From: Octopus sinensis
Taxonomy: Eukaryota
Assembly (NCBI RefSeq): GCF_006345805.1
Contig: NC_043007.1
Location: 17,670,001-17,734,000 of the forward strand
Length of the DNA: 64,000 bases
Direction: 5' to 3'
This document shows positions 38,111 through 50,918 of this stretch, one piece after another. Positions within the stretch are counted from its first letter, which is position 1. Every line of letters begins with the position of its first letter. The notes beneath the pieces were generated by a model. The model did no database searches and was not told where the DNA came from. It was given only the letters and a program-made list of their open reading frames with translations. Position numbers and translations under genes: made by a program.

Positions 38111-40923
38111 TCTATCTATATATATATATATATATCTGTGTGTAATATTTCTTTAGGAAGAAGTGTTCTATATCCTAGTTCAACCACACCCTTGATGATC
38201 TTTACGAATATTTTACATGCAAATACACAGAATGCTAATGTGACAACACAGTTTCTACTTCATCAGTGCACTAGACATTTTGACTAGGCTGCATATTATC
38301 ACTGATACGTATGTGTATATATGTGTGTGTGATATTTATATTCATGTGTGTTTGTGTGCATATGATGTACATATAAATAGGTGTGTGTACTGTGTTTATA
38401 TATATATCTCTTTGTTTGTGAGAACAGATAAAGTATTTATAGCTAAACTTTTGGCAAGCATGTCAAGTTTAATATTTAAATATCTCTGCTCTATATGTTC
38501 GTAATTTGAAAACACAGTCTTCAGCCTTTATTTACTTCAGTCTTCTTGTCTGGGAATCAGACAGCACTCTCACTTAGCACTTAAATGTTGAGTGTTCTGA
38601 AGAACTTCCAGTTACAGAAATGCCTTCTCTAGTGATTCTTGTGAATATCTAAAATTGCAGTACCACTCTGTGCCAGACGCCTTCCTAATTAACTATTATA
38701 GCCTGATGGCTATCTAGTTAGAGAAATTTTTTAACCAACCCCATGTTGATTTATCGTCTTCATTTTTTATGCCTGTCTTCCACACTAGTGCATGAGCTGG
38801 CCTGTTGAGTGGTTGTTTAACTCTTTACCTGTCTGAAACATTTTCATTAGTTTGTTCTAAACATTCATGCTTGTTCACAAACTTTTAGCTGGCCCTGGTT
38901 TCATATCATCATCATCATTTAACGTCCGCTTTCCATGCTAGCATGGGTTGGACGATTTGACTGAGGTCTGGCGAACCAGACTCCGATCTGATCTGGCAGA
39001 GTTTCTACAGCTGGATGCCCTTCCTAATGCCAACCACTCCGAGAGTGTATGCCATATGTTCTGTTTCATATGTTCTGAGTAATATAAAGCTTTTCTTTCA
39101 TAAGTCCCAAGTTACTCTGGTCGTTGGAAACATTTGGGAATGTCCACTGTAGGTACCAGAATTTGCTTTTGTAAGTCAGAGATATTGCTGCCCGATTTAA
39201 CACTTTCGCTTATTTCTTTACTACCACAAGGGGCTAAACACAGAGGGGACAAACAAGGACAGACAAACAGATTAAGTCGATTACATTGACCCCAGTGTGT
39301 AATTGGTACTTAATTTATCAACCCCGAAAGGATGAAAGGCAAAGTCGACCTTGGCGGAATTTGAACTCAGAACGTTGCAGCAGACGAAATACCTCTGAGC
39401 ATTTCGCCCGGCGTGCTAACGATTCTGCCAGCTCGCCGGCTTAATTAACTCTTTACCTGTCTGAAACATTTTCATAAGTTTGTTCTAAACATTCATGCTT
39501 GTTCACAAACTTTTAGTTGGCCTTTGTTTCATATATTCCAAGTAATATAAAGCTTTCCTTTCATAAGTTCCAAGTTACTCTGGTAGTTGGAAGCATTTGG
39601 GAATGTGCATCTTATATGATGCACGGACAACAGGCAAATATGCAACGTGTTTCACATGTGATACATAGGACAGGCAAAGGGTTAAAATTTGGGGTCTGGT
39701 CATCAATTTTGTCCTGCTGTGTAATGTAATGTATCTTGGTCTCTTACTGGTTCCACCTTGTTGGCTATCAAATAAAGTTGATAAATATACCTGATTGTTT
39801 TTATTTTAGTTCACTTTGAGTCACTTAAATTGGTGGTTATTATCAATTAAATTAATTATTATAATTCTTTCTTCTATTGCTTAAATGCATCTGTCAAATC
39901 TCAAATGTTGTCTTACTCCTACCATATGTACCAGAATTTGCTTTTATGACTGAATATCCAGTCAGGGATATTGCTGCCTGATTTAAAACTATCATTTGGT
40001 TTTTGGGTACACTTAACAGAATTTATTCTGTTACAAGAATGCAAAGTGTGTTTCATGGTTCCCATCCTGTGCTGGTTGGGACCAGTCTGAGAGAGTCCTG
40101 CAAAAGCCATGGGCACTGTTCTTCCTTTTTGTGTGTGTATGCCATACACCCCACTCCATTTGAGGAAGCCATGTCTTTCCTCTAATACAAAACTCCTTTT
40201 TCTGTCTCTCACTACTACTCCTCTCTTCAGTTGAGGGTCTTGTCTTGCAAGTTACTTGGTGACCTCATTGTTGCTGGTGCCATGTTGGCATTAGGAAGGG
40301 CATCCAGTTGTAGAAATGTGCCAAAGCAGAAAGCAGGGGTTCGTGCAATTTTTTGATATGCCAGTTCCTGTGGAACCATCCAACCCATGCCAGCATGGAA
40401 AACAGATGTTAAATGATGATGATGAGATATATATATATCTGATCTTTTAATATCCGTATTCTATGGTGGCTTAGTTTGGATATTTGACAGGATATGAGGC
40501 CTGTATTAATCTCTAATGTTTGCTTTGAGAGGTTTCTATGGCTGGATGCTCTTCCTAATACTAACCACTATAAAGAGTGTACTGGGTGCTTTTTACATAG
40601 AACTAGCACCTGTAATATCACCAAGTAACTTCAAGCCCCTTGAAAGAGTTGAGGTTCGGAATTGAATGGAGTGACTTTGAGCCTGGTGTAGACAGGCAGA
40701 AAACAGGTGTCTTGCTGTAGAGATGATCCTTGGCTACCCCAGCAGGAAAGAGAGAAAGGACAGTGGAAATGAAGTATTGAGAACCAAGAATGTGGATAGG
40801 GAGAGAACAAGGGGACAAAAAATCCATCCTATTTCTAATTTTTGTGTTATTAAATAATCCTTAAACAAGATTTTCAGCTGTATATATTAGCATACAAATA
40901 ATGTTCCTTTCTGTTTCTTTCAG

Positions 40924-41016
40924 AGTGGTCATCAGCCTGCAGTCAGAGTCTGGGATGTTGAAGAGAAGGTTCAAATCGCCCAGTTTCATGGACATAAGTT
41001 TGGCATCAACTGTGTG
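40924..41016 (+). CDS. WDR62/MAPKBP1: Coding exon: [31 protein letters not shown]
   Basis: Acceptor ctgtttctttcag|AGT and donor GTG|gtcagt. 93 nt, phase 0-0, in frame with the previous exon (GE-SGH). Matches the [12 protein letters not shown]...HKYGVACV segment of the family. The preceding intron is 22,613 bp. Confidence 0.93.
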
Positions 41017-41345
41017 GTCAGTTACTTTCCCTCTATATTCATTTTATTAAACACTTAAAATGCTTTTTTTTTTATCAAACTGTATTACAGTTTATATTTT
41101 TGCAATAGTTTTTTTTTTATAACCTCAGCATATTAATATATATTCCAAAAATAATGCACATTTTTTTTCCTATCAAAATCGAGATTAAAATCAGTGGGTG
41201 TCTAAAATACATACTAATAGGCTGCAAAGTCTCCTTACTTTTAATACTGTGTTTTTGAATGTAAGTTGGTTACATCGACCCCCCCCCCCCCCCCCGTACT
41301 TGACTGATACATTCTCTTATTGGACTTGAAAGAATGAAAGGTTAA

Positions 41346-41694
41346 CCCTTTCATTACCAACCCGTCTGAAACCGCCTCTGGCTCTGTAGTACCAATGGCT
41401 TGTTTTCATAAGTTTTGAATTAAAATTTTCCACCAAACCTTAGTCACAATTTATGTTCCTAACACTAACCAAGCATAGATTGGCATATTTCGGTCATATT
41501 ATGCGGAGAAAATCCCTGAAGGATATCATGCTCGGAATGGTCAGTGGCAAGAGAGGAAGAGGCCGACCAAGAACAATTTATGTTCCTAACACTAACTTAA
41601 TGATAACTAAGTTATTTTACTAAATTCTTTGTTTATATTTAAAATAATTGAAAGAAACGCAGAGCATCTCAAAATAAATATGGTAATGAAAGGG
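41346..41694 (+). mobile_element. MITE family A with a shortened copy of the same RTE cargo (41468-41574), itself inserted in a family-1 SINE remnant
   Basis: TTAA-flanked. The 5' cargo junction AACACTA|ACCAAGCATAGATTGGC is identical to that at 22215. Confidence 0.85.
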
Positions 41695-44600
41695 TTAAGT
41701 TGATTGCACATGGCAGGATTTGAACTTAGAATATGAGTATGAAGAAATGCTGCTAAGCATTTTGTCTGGTTCAGTATTGACTGTTTATTCCCTTAATAAG
41801 AGCAATACCTACTTGTTTTACGCTTGCAATGATATTTTCTTGATAAGAGGAGCATTTGTGTTTCCAAAACTGGCTTATTCTGCTTAGGACACTCCCAAGG
41901 GCGCCTGTTTATGGCAGTGGGTGTGGATGGGGAGCAAACAACCCTGAGATATACCAGAGCTGACAGAGTGAGAAACAGAAAAAAATTCCATCTACATGTG
42001 ACAATATTCGTTTCTATTATAGGCACAAGGCCTGAAATTTTCGGGGAGAGGGGGCAGTCGATTACATCGACCCCAGTCTCAACTGGTACTTAATTTACCA
42101 ACCCCGAAAGAATGAAAGCTAAAATCGACTTCGGTGGAATTTGAACTCAGAACGTAAAGACAGACGAAATACCGCTAAGCATTTTGCCCGGTGTGTTAAT
42201 GTTTCTGCCAGCTCACCTACAATCTGGCTGCAGTCTAATGACTGAAACCAGTAAAAGATAAAGATATTTCCTGTTTTGCACACACACACACCTCCGTCAC
42301 ACATTCACTTGTATACTCACACCTGCAGAAGCTATTTTAAGTAGTGAGATGATCTCGAAATAGCATGCTTTTTGTATGTTAAATCTATCAATGGGACTAT
42401 TCTTATAGGAGTAAATGTGTATATATACTTAATGGAAGGGACTGCCTACTGATGTGTCATAGGTTTGTCATTTAGACAGTTGTGTCAAATTGGTAATTTG
42501 ACAAAGGTCTTCTCTCAAAATGTCAGGATTCTTCATCTAACTAAGTAAATACCTGACAGGAGTATATATTTAGGTTCGCTTCAGCCAACACTTAATTTTA
42601 TGCATTATATATGTTTATCTCTGTTTATAGCGCCAAACAGGCATGGCTATGTTGGTAAGAAGCTTTCTTTCCAGCTGTATGGTCTTGGGTTCAGTCCTAC
42701 TGAACTGCACCTTTGGCCAGTATTTTCTAAGGCCTCTGGCTAATCAAAGCCTTAAGAGTGGATTTGGTAGATGGAAAATGAAAGAAGCCTTGTATTGAAA
42801 AGTGTTGCAGCTATGAGCATCATACCTATTTCTATATCTAGATCTTTCTGGTTCAGTGTGTCCTTCTTTGTGTTGTTGTTTAGCTCCCGTTCAAGCCTGA
42901 GTATGGTTACAGGTATTTCACCTGTGAGTTATTTAAGAACTGAAGTCACAGGTATGGTTGTGTGGTTAAGAAGCTTGCTTTCCAACCATGTGGTCTCGGG
43001 GGTTCAATTCCATTGCAAGGTACCTTGGGCAAGTGTTTTCTACTGTAACCTTGGGTTGAACAAAGCCTTGTGAGTGGGTTTGATCAGCGAAAACTAAAAG
43101 AAGCCTGTTAATATATGTGTATGGGTGTGCTTCTGTCTAAACATCAAATGATGATTGGAAATGAACATCATCGTCATATATCTAGGACTGTGTCATTTCT
43201 TGTCTTCTGTGAAAAATGTATTTGGCTATGGAAAGATATTACATTGCTTGGACAAAGTGAGGGTTGGTAACAAGGACATCCAGCTGTAGAAATTCCATTT
43301 GACCCATGCAAGCATGGAAAAGTGGATATTAAATAGTGGTGCTGAAGGTTTTGTTTTGAGGGTTATTTGGTTGCTATTTCTAACAGTTCAAACAGCTTCT
43401 CAGAAGCTTCTTTGTTTGTGATGTACAATTTAGTGGCTTACACATGTTAATTTCAATACTAATTTAGCTAATACAGATGAGATAGGTACGAGGAAAAGAA
43501 CATTTTGTAACTAATCAGTTTTCACGCATCTTTGGTGAGTGGTTGCAAAGAAAGCATTGAGATATATCATTATCATCATCATCATCTCTCTTGTTTCCTT
43601 TGATAAATTGGATAAAGAAAACATTGAGCTATATGGTACCATCTCACTGTTACAATAGATAAATTGGATAAACGAACCACGAAGGAAATTATTATGGCTT
43701 AGAAATGAATGACTTTGTTTGGCTGAATGTCTGGTTATTTTCTGTGTATGTTTGATGATTTGCCGTGTGCGTGTGTATCCGACTGTTAGCTCTGTGTAGG
43801 TACATATGTATGGCTATTTGCTGTACATATGTATGTGTTATGTGCGTGTGTGTGGATATGTATTTGTGTGTGTGTGCGCATGGCTATTTGCTGTGTATAT
43901 GTGTGCCTGGCTATTTAGGGTATGTTTTGGTTCTCAACTGGGGTCTGTATGACCCTTGAGTGTCCATACAAGATTTTGCTGTTTTGGATGCAATACATTT
44001 GGTTATACTTTTACACTACAAAATGTTTTCAGTTTTTTTATAGGCATAGGAGTGGCTGTGTGGTAAGTAGCTTGCTTACCAACCACATAGTTCCGTGTTC
44101 AGTCCCACTGCATGGCACCTTGGGCAAGTTTCTTCTAGTATAGCCTCAGGCTGACCAAAGCCTTGTGAGTGGATTTGGTAGATGGAAACTGAAAGAAACC
44201 CGTTGTATATATGTATATATATGTATATATGTATGTGTGTGTATATGTTTGTGTCTGTGTTTGCAAACAAGACATTTGTACTACAGAGCCAAAGATGGTT
44301 TCAGCCGGGTTGGTAACGAAAGGGTTAAACTTCACATTTTCTGATAAATATTTTCATACATCATTGTAATTACATAGAAACTCTGTCAAATTACATTTCA
44401 TTATTTCACTAAATGCACTGAAATTGAACATAATTTCACATACTCACAAAAGCAAAAATATATTTTAGATTTCTTTTGTTGGTCTCAGATTATACCTCAC
44501 ATGATGACATCTATCATTCAAGCTATTATGTTTCTCTTCCCCATTCTTCCTTTTACATTTTAACTTTAGATCTAGTCACAAGTTCCAGCCATGTGTCTAT

Positions 44601-46121
44601 AAGCTTCTACTTGTTTAAAGCTGTTTTACCCACCACCTTTCTCTCTCTCCCTCTCTGTCTTCCTCTTTTCTCTGTCTCTCAGTTACATGTGTGCGTGTAT
44701 GTGCTTGCGCATACACACACACACACATGCACGAACAGAACACATAATTTTACATTGTTGTGTAGGTGAGATGGTTTTATAAAATTTTTTAAGAGGGAAT
44801 AAATTAAAAATTTTGTGTTCTGCTGGAATTATTTTCAAACTGAGATGCCCTGCCCATCACCACCAACTCAACTATTGTATGAGATTATAGCTTTTGTTTT
44901 TCTAAAAAAACAGGTTGTTGTTTTTTTTTATTTTCAAGTTTAAAACCTTTCTAGAAAAGATATAATTATCATCATCATTTTAATGTCCCTTGCATGCGTC
45001 AAACAGAATTTGTTGAAGTAGATTTTCTACTACCTGATGGCCTTCTTGTTACCAACTCTCATCTTTTGGTGCCCCAGCATGGCCACAATTTGTGAGCTGA
45101 AACTAGATGAAATAATGAAATAATAAAATAATAATGTAATATCTTCCCATAGCCAGACATGTATTTTTATGGTAGGATGGAAACAAACAACATTGCTTGT
45201 ATGATGATGATGATCATTTACAATCATCATGTGATGTTCTAGACAAGGGTACATACAAACATACACACACACATACATCATCATCATTATCATCGTCGTT
45301 TAACGACCTTTTTGCATGCTGGCATGGAAAGTGGACGATTTGACTGAAGACTGGCAAACCAGATGGCTGCACCAGGCTCTAATCTGATCTGGCAACGTTT
45401 CTACAGCTGGATGCCCTTCCTAACGCCAACCACTCTGAGAGTGTAGTGGGTGCTTTTTAAGTGCCACCAGCACAAGGGTCTGTCAGGCGGTACTGGCATT
45501 GGCCATGCTTGAAAGGTGCTTTTTACATACCACTGACACAGGAGCCAGTCAGGCAACACTGGCAACGACCATGAGCCAGCACTGGCAATGGATTTCTTTC
45601 ACTTTCCATCCACCAAATTCATCCATCGGGCATTGATCAACTCAAGGCTATAAAAGAAAACACTTGCCCAAGGTGCCTTGCAATAGAACTGAAGCCAAGA
45701 CCACATGGCTGTAAAGCAAGCTCTTCAGTCACACAGCCATGCTTATACCTTGTTTCATGTTAGTGGTTGGTGAGAAAACATGAGGTGATGAGGAGAGGGC
45801 TTCCAGAAGAAAGCAGTTCATCCTTCATTGTAATGCATCATTGGGGAAGCCTTTATATAGTTATTTGATCTTCTAGAAATAACAGCTAAATCTTTCTCAA
45901 CTTGCATATTGTTGCCTTTGAGGATTGGAGAGTTAGATTAGGATTGATTTGGCTTGAATAATAATAGAACAGGACAGTCGATTGAATGAACCAAAATATG
46001 GTTTATATGTAAATATTGATATTGTAAAGATGATGATAAAAATATGGGAGATTATTATTTGTCGGTTGAATTCGAGTGTACTTGGGTTGAGTAACAGATT
46101 GATCCAAACAAAATGTGACTC

Positions 46122-46567
46122 ATCATCATCATCATTGTTTAACGTCCGCTTTCCATGCTAGTATGGGTTGGACGATTTGACTGAGGGCTGGTGAACCAGA
46201 TAGCTGCACCAGGCTTCAGTCTTGATCTGGCAGAGTTTCTACAGCTGGATGCCCTTCCTAATGCCAACCACTCTGAGAGTGTTGTGGGTGCTTTTACGTG
46301 CCACCGGCACAGGGTCAGTCAGGTGGCACTGGCAACGACCTTGCTTGAATCTTTTACACATGCCACCGGCACGGGTGCCAGTAAGGCGATGATGGTTACG
46401 ATCACACTCGAATGGTGTCTTTTTCATGCCACTGGCACAGAGACCAGATAGCCGCTCTGGCAACGATCACGCTCAGATGGTGCTCTTAATACCCTACTAG
46501 CACGGGGCTCGAGTGCCAGTAGTGCGATGCTGGTAACAATCACGCTTGAATGGTGCCTTTTAAGTGC
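46122..46567 (-). mobile_element. SINE family 3 with four internal tandem units
   Basis: Unit order is collinear with 60183-60757 and 53195-53618. Confidence 0.82.
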
Positions 46568-46596
46568 TCGTATGTAAATAATGTAAATTGGTGGAG

Positions 46597-46992
46597 GCAT
46601 GTCTGTATGGTTGAGAAGCAAGCTCCTTAACCACCTACATGGTTTCAGGTTCAGTCTCACAGTGTGGCATTTTGGACATGTGTCTTCTATAGCTCTGGGC
46701 CAGCCAAAGCCTTGTGAATGGATTTGGGAGGCAGAAATGGAAAGAAGCCTGTTGTGTGTGTGTACCCTTGTCTTGACTTCTTTTGATGGTTGTAAGCAAA
46801 CATCACTGTCATCCAAGCAGTGTTGTTTGTTTCCAGTCTTCCATGAAAAACAGATCTAGCTATGGGAAATATTACCTTGCTTGGTCATAGGTTAGGGTTG
46901 GCAACAGGAAGGGCACGACATAGAAAATCTGCCTCAACAAATTCTGTTTCACTTGTGCTAGCATGGAAAAGTGGATGTTAAATGATGATGAA
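46597..46992 (+). mobile_element. Chimeric SINE: family-2 head plus alternative RTE-like tail (…GGTTGGCAACAGGAAGGGC…GCATGGAAAAGTGGATGTTAAATGATGATG)
   Basis: Same architecture at ~42945-43335(+), 51105-51540(+) and 23820-24230(-). Tail-only pieces at ~44965-45260(-) and 58220-58480(+). Confidence 0.7.
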
Positions 46993-47747
46993 GATACAGT
47001 GTAAAAGATGAGGATAATAACAGTGTAAAGAATTATCATTTGCAAAGCATTAAATCTTGGAACTTAACTTTATATATTTTTAACCTCTACAGATGTTGAA
47101 TATTTTTAGCTTGGATTTATGAAATTATAAGATTTATCAGTGAGTAATTAATCTTACTGACTTGAATAGAGTTCCATTAGCCTACTGAGATAAATAGCTC
47201 TTAATGACCTAATAAACCCACTAGTTGAAGCAAGTGTTTGGGATTTTGTCCAAATTAAAACACTTTCAGTAACAGATTTTGCTAATTCCAGTGAACTGCT
47301 ACATCAGTTCATGGTCTCTTGTCTTTAATTACTCCTGATGTCTAGTATTCTTAACAGATAACTTGCATCATATGTGTAATGCCTGAGGAAATGAAATGAC
47401 ATAACTCTATCTTGTATTTTATTTTGCATTTTTTAATTTTTAGTTTCTGTAGAATATAATTTTGGATATTTCTTAATAGATAATGTTACATGATTGTTGG
47501 TGGTCTGAGTTCAGTCCCACTGCACAGCACCTTGAGCAAATGTTCTCTACTATATCCCTGGGCTGACCAAAGCCTTTGTAGTTGGATTTGGTAGATGGTA
47601 CCTGAACAAATTCCACCTGATCCATGCTTACATGGAAAAGTGTTCATTAAATGATGATGATGATAAGACAGAAAAATGAATTAGAAAGAAAGCATATTTC
47701 TTTTAAATTCTTAGTTATTCTCTATTTGTTTTCTGCATATTTTTCAG

Positions 47748-47864
47748 GCTTACTCTCCAAATATGAAATATATTGTTTCAATGGGAACTCAGCATGATAT
47801 GATTGTAAATGTCTGGAATTGGAAAACCAACAACAAAGTAGCATCAAATAAAATATCTTCCAAG
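47748..47864 (+). CDS. WDR62/MAPKBP1: Coding exon: [39 protein letters not shown]
   Basis: Acceptor atttttcag|GCT and donor AAG|gtaagc. 117 nt, phase 0-0. Matches [26 protein letters not shown]...VASNKVSSR of MAPKBP1. Confidence 0.94.
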
Positions 47865-48705
47865 GTAAGCATTATCTGATTATATTCTAGAAAAGAAAAA
47901 AAAAGTACAAGCATGGCACCTCAGGTAAGTGTCTTATATTCTAACCCCAGGTCAACCAAAGCCTTCTGAGAGGATTTAGTTGATGGAAACTGAAAGAAGC
48001 CTATTGTTTGTCTTTGTGTTTGTGTTTGCCGCCATTTGGCAACTATCTTTTATCTTTTGCTTGTTTCAGTCATTAGACAGGGGCTATGCTTGAACACTGC
48101 CTCGGAGGGTTTTAGTCGAACAAATTGGTCCCAGGATTTATTTCTTTTTAAAGCCTGGTATTTGTTCTATCACTCTCTTTTGCCAAACAGCTTAGTTATT
48201 GGGATGTAAACACGCCAATACCAGTTGTCAAGCTGTGGTGGTGGGACAGATACATACACACACACACACACACACACACACCACACACACACACACACCA
48301 CACACACACACAGAGTACGACTAGTTGGACTGAACCTGGAGCCATGTAGTTGGGAAGCAAGCTTCTTATCACACAACCAATTTGTTTAAAAAAAAAGGTG
48401 CTGAGCTCAATTTGTTTAACTAAAACCCTTCGAGGTAGTGCCTTGGCATGGCTGTAATCCAAGATAAAAAATTAATGTAGTTGTTTAGTGCCCATCCCCC
48501 CAAATCAGCTCTGATAAAGCAGATATATTATCAGAAATGTTTAAGCTATGCACTTGCTATCCTTTATCTGGCCATAATATATATATGAGACTACATTACA
48601 AAACGTGTCCTTTTTTTTTAAGACAGAAGGATGTGATTTGAAAGAAATTTAGTTGCTATTGCTAGCTGGCTATGGCTCACTTATTGGCTTGTTCCTATAA
48701 GCATG

Positions 48706-49046
48706 TGAAGGTGCATGGCTCAGTGGTTAAAGTGTCAAGCTTATGATCGTGAAGTTGTGAGCTCGAATCACTGACCGGGCTGTGTGTTGTGTTCTTGAGC
48801 AAGACACTTTATTTCATGTTGCTCCAGTTCACTCAGCTGTAGAAATGAGTTGCGACATCACAGGTGCCAAGCTGTATCGGCCCCCTTTGCCTTTCCCTTG
48901 GATAACACTGGTGGTGTGGAGAGGAGAGGCCGGTATGCATGGGCGACTGCTGGTCTTCCATAAACAACTTTGCCCGGACTTGTGCCTGGGAGGGCAACTT
49001 CCTAGGTGCAATCCCATGGTCTGTGTCATGACCGAAGGAGGTGTCA
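48706..49046 (+). mobile_element. SINE family 4a
   Basis: Collinear with 36918-37253. Confidence 0.85.
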
Positions 49047-49618
49047 GAGATAAACATGAAAAAAATAGAGTAAATTCTTCTGAATCAAATCAATTTTCTA
49101 AATCAGTTGTTGTCTGTTGCTCATTTGTTTTATGCCTGTTTTTTTCATGGAATCATGGGTTAGATGAATATATATTATTGGGGCATTGTTTTACAATTGG
49201 ATGCACTTTCTTTTGCTAGACTTTACCTATTTTATTATTTTCTTTTGCTTACCTAGTTTATAATTGAAATTTATTTTTTTTATTCGACACACCTAGCATA
49301 GAGCTAATGGTAGAGCTGTTTATAGGGATTTGCAACAAACCTCACCATTTGTAGCTCAGGACTTTGTGAAGTGCAGGATGTGAACTATCTCTCTCTCTCT
49401 CTCTTAAATTCATTAGCAAGGTATTTGTTGGCACAAGGTTACACTAGAGATTAATAGTCATAAATTTTAGATTTGTAATTTCATAAATAATTCACCAATC
49501 TATTCAATTATGTGAAAATGCCATGTTGGATCAATAAATATTTTTGTTTTCTAATTAGTATTTCAGTTGCTAGACATTGCTTAGGATTCTGCCATAGAAG
49601 AATTTATTATGAGCCCTA

Positions 49619-49865
49619 CATTATTTACATTTGATGGATATTTGTCCTCATCTTGTTTGTTGTTAATACAATGTTTCAGCTGATATACCCTCCAGCTTTT
49701 ATCAGGTGTATTGGGCAAATTTCAAACTTGAGTTCTCATTCCTACGGTATTTTTTGATATTATTATTGTTCAGGTCACTGCTTGGAATCGAACTCGGAAT
49801 CTTGGGGTTAGTAGCCCGAGCTCTTAATCACTACACCATATGCCCGTGGGCGTATAGAACTGTAC
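49619..49865 (-). mobile_element. tRNA-headed SINE with a degenerate hammerhead-like motif in its tail
   Basis: Minus-strand A-box TGGTGTAGTGATT, anticodon-like loop CTACTAA and B-box GAGTTCGATTCC. 11-bp flanking direct repeat TATGAGCCCTA at 49608-49618 and 49866-49876. Confidence 0.72.
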
Positions 49866-50076
49866 TATGAGCCCTATTTTTCTTGATAGATGGGTTAATG
49901 GAAGTTAGTGTTATTAGCAGAAATAAAGCAAAAAATATAAAAAGATCTGGGATTGAAACTGGGTTGTGGACTTTTGCAGAATTTATTTAATCAGAAATTA
50001 CTCAGCTTAGACACTCAACACTGAGTGTCTAATCAGAACCAGACAATATTTATAAAATCTCCTTTCTCACATTCAG

Positions 50077-50172
50077 GTCAGTGCCGTAGCATTCTCTTCT
50101 GATGGAAGCTATTTTGTAACGGTTGGAAGTAGACACGTGAAGTTTTGGTACATGGCCAGCAGCAATTCAAAG
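50077..50172 (+). CDS. WDR62/MAPKBP1: Coding exon: [32 protein letters not shown]
   Basis: Acceptor ctttctcacattcag|GTC and donor AAG|gtaagt. 96 nt, phase 0-0. Matches [26 protein letters not shown] of MAPKBP1. Confidence 0.94.
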
Positions 50173-50697
50173 GTAAGTTTGTTATTTTCTTGGAATCTTT
50201 TTTTCTGTCTTAAATCTTAAAGTAAATTGAAACTGGTTCTAAGTGTTTCCTTATTTTTCAAACTTCAACTAACTTCAGATTCAATTAATTGCAATGAAAG
50301 GGTAACTATTATCTTTCTTTTTAATCATGACTGTATTCACAGGCATATTATTTTTGTAGAAAGGTTCCCTTACCGTTAAAATACAGCTTCAAATGGAACA
50401 GTTAAGTTTCATCTGTTTTGTAAGTAATTAAAAATTAAAAAACAGTTTTGACAGACTGCACTTAATGGATTAATTACATTGAGGTTTTATTGTTCTCATT
50501 AATTTTTATCCAGTGTTTTTCAAACTCAGAGCCTTGCTAGTAAATTGCCAGGCAAGGGAAATATCATTGATACTGTTAAAAGTTTGTACATAGTAACTCC
50601 ATGAACAACAGGGAAGAATAAACTATTGTAGATGATCTGTTTCATAAAACTAGCAAACCAATGTCTATAGGGTACAATTTGATATTAGTGATATTAA

Positions 50698-50918
50698 CCC
50701 TTTAGTGTTCAGATTACTCTGTTAAATGTAATACTTTTTCACTCAAATTGTTTTGAATTAATCTTGGATCATCTTACAGCTTTGAGGTCTCAATGATGTG
50801 ATTACTTATTTTTAAAATGGCATTGTAGGTTAGGTGTGAGAGGCTAGACATCGCCAGTTTGAATATAAAACATGTAGAATATATTGGGCCAGATTTGGCC
50901 AGTTTAAACACTAAAGGG
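50698..50918 (+). mobile_element. piggyBac-type MITE family B, intact
   Basis: TTAA|CCCTTTAGTGTT...AACACTAAAGGG|TTAA, with perfect 12-bp TIRs. Confidence 0.88.

Noticed and set aside
41279-41295. C17 homopolymer
   Set aside because: Slippage expansion of the ATCGACCCC motif in a SINE remnant; the length may also be a sequencing artefact.
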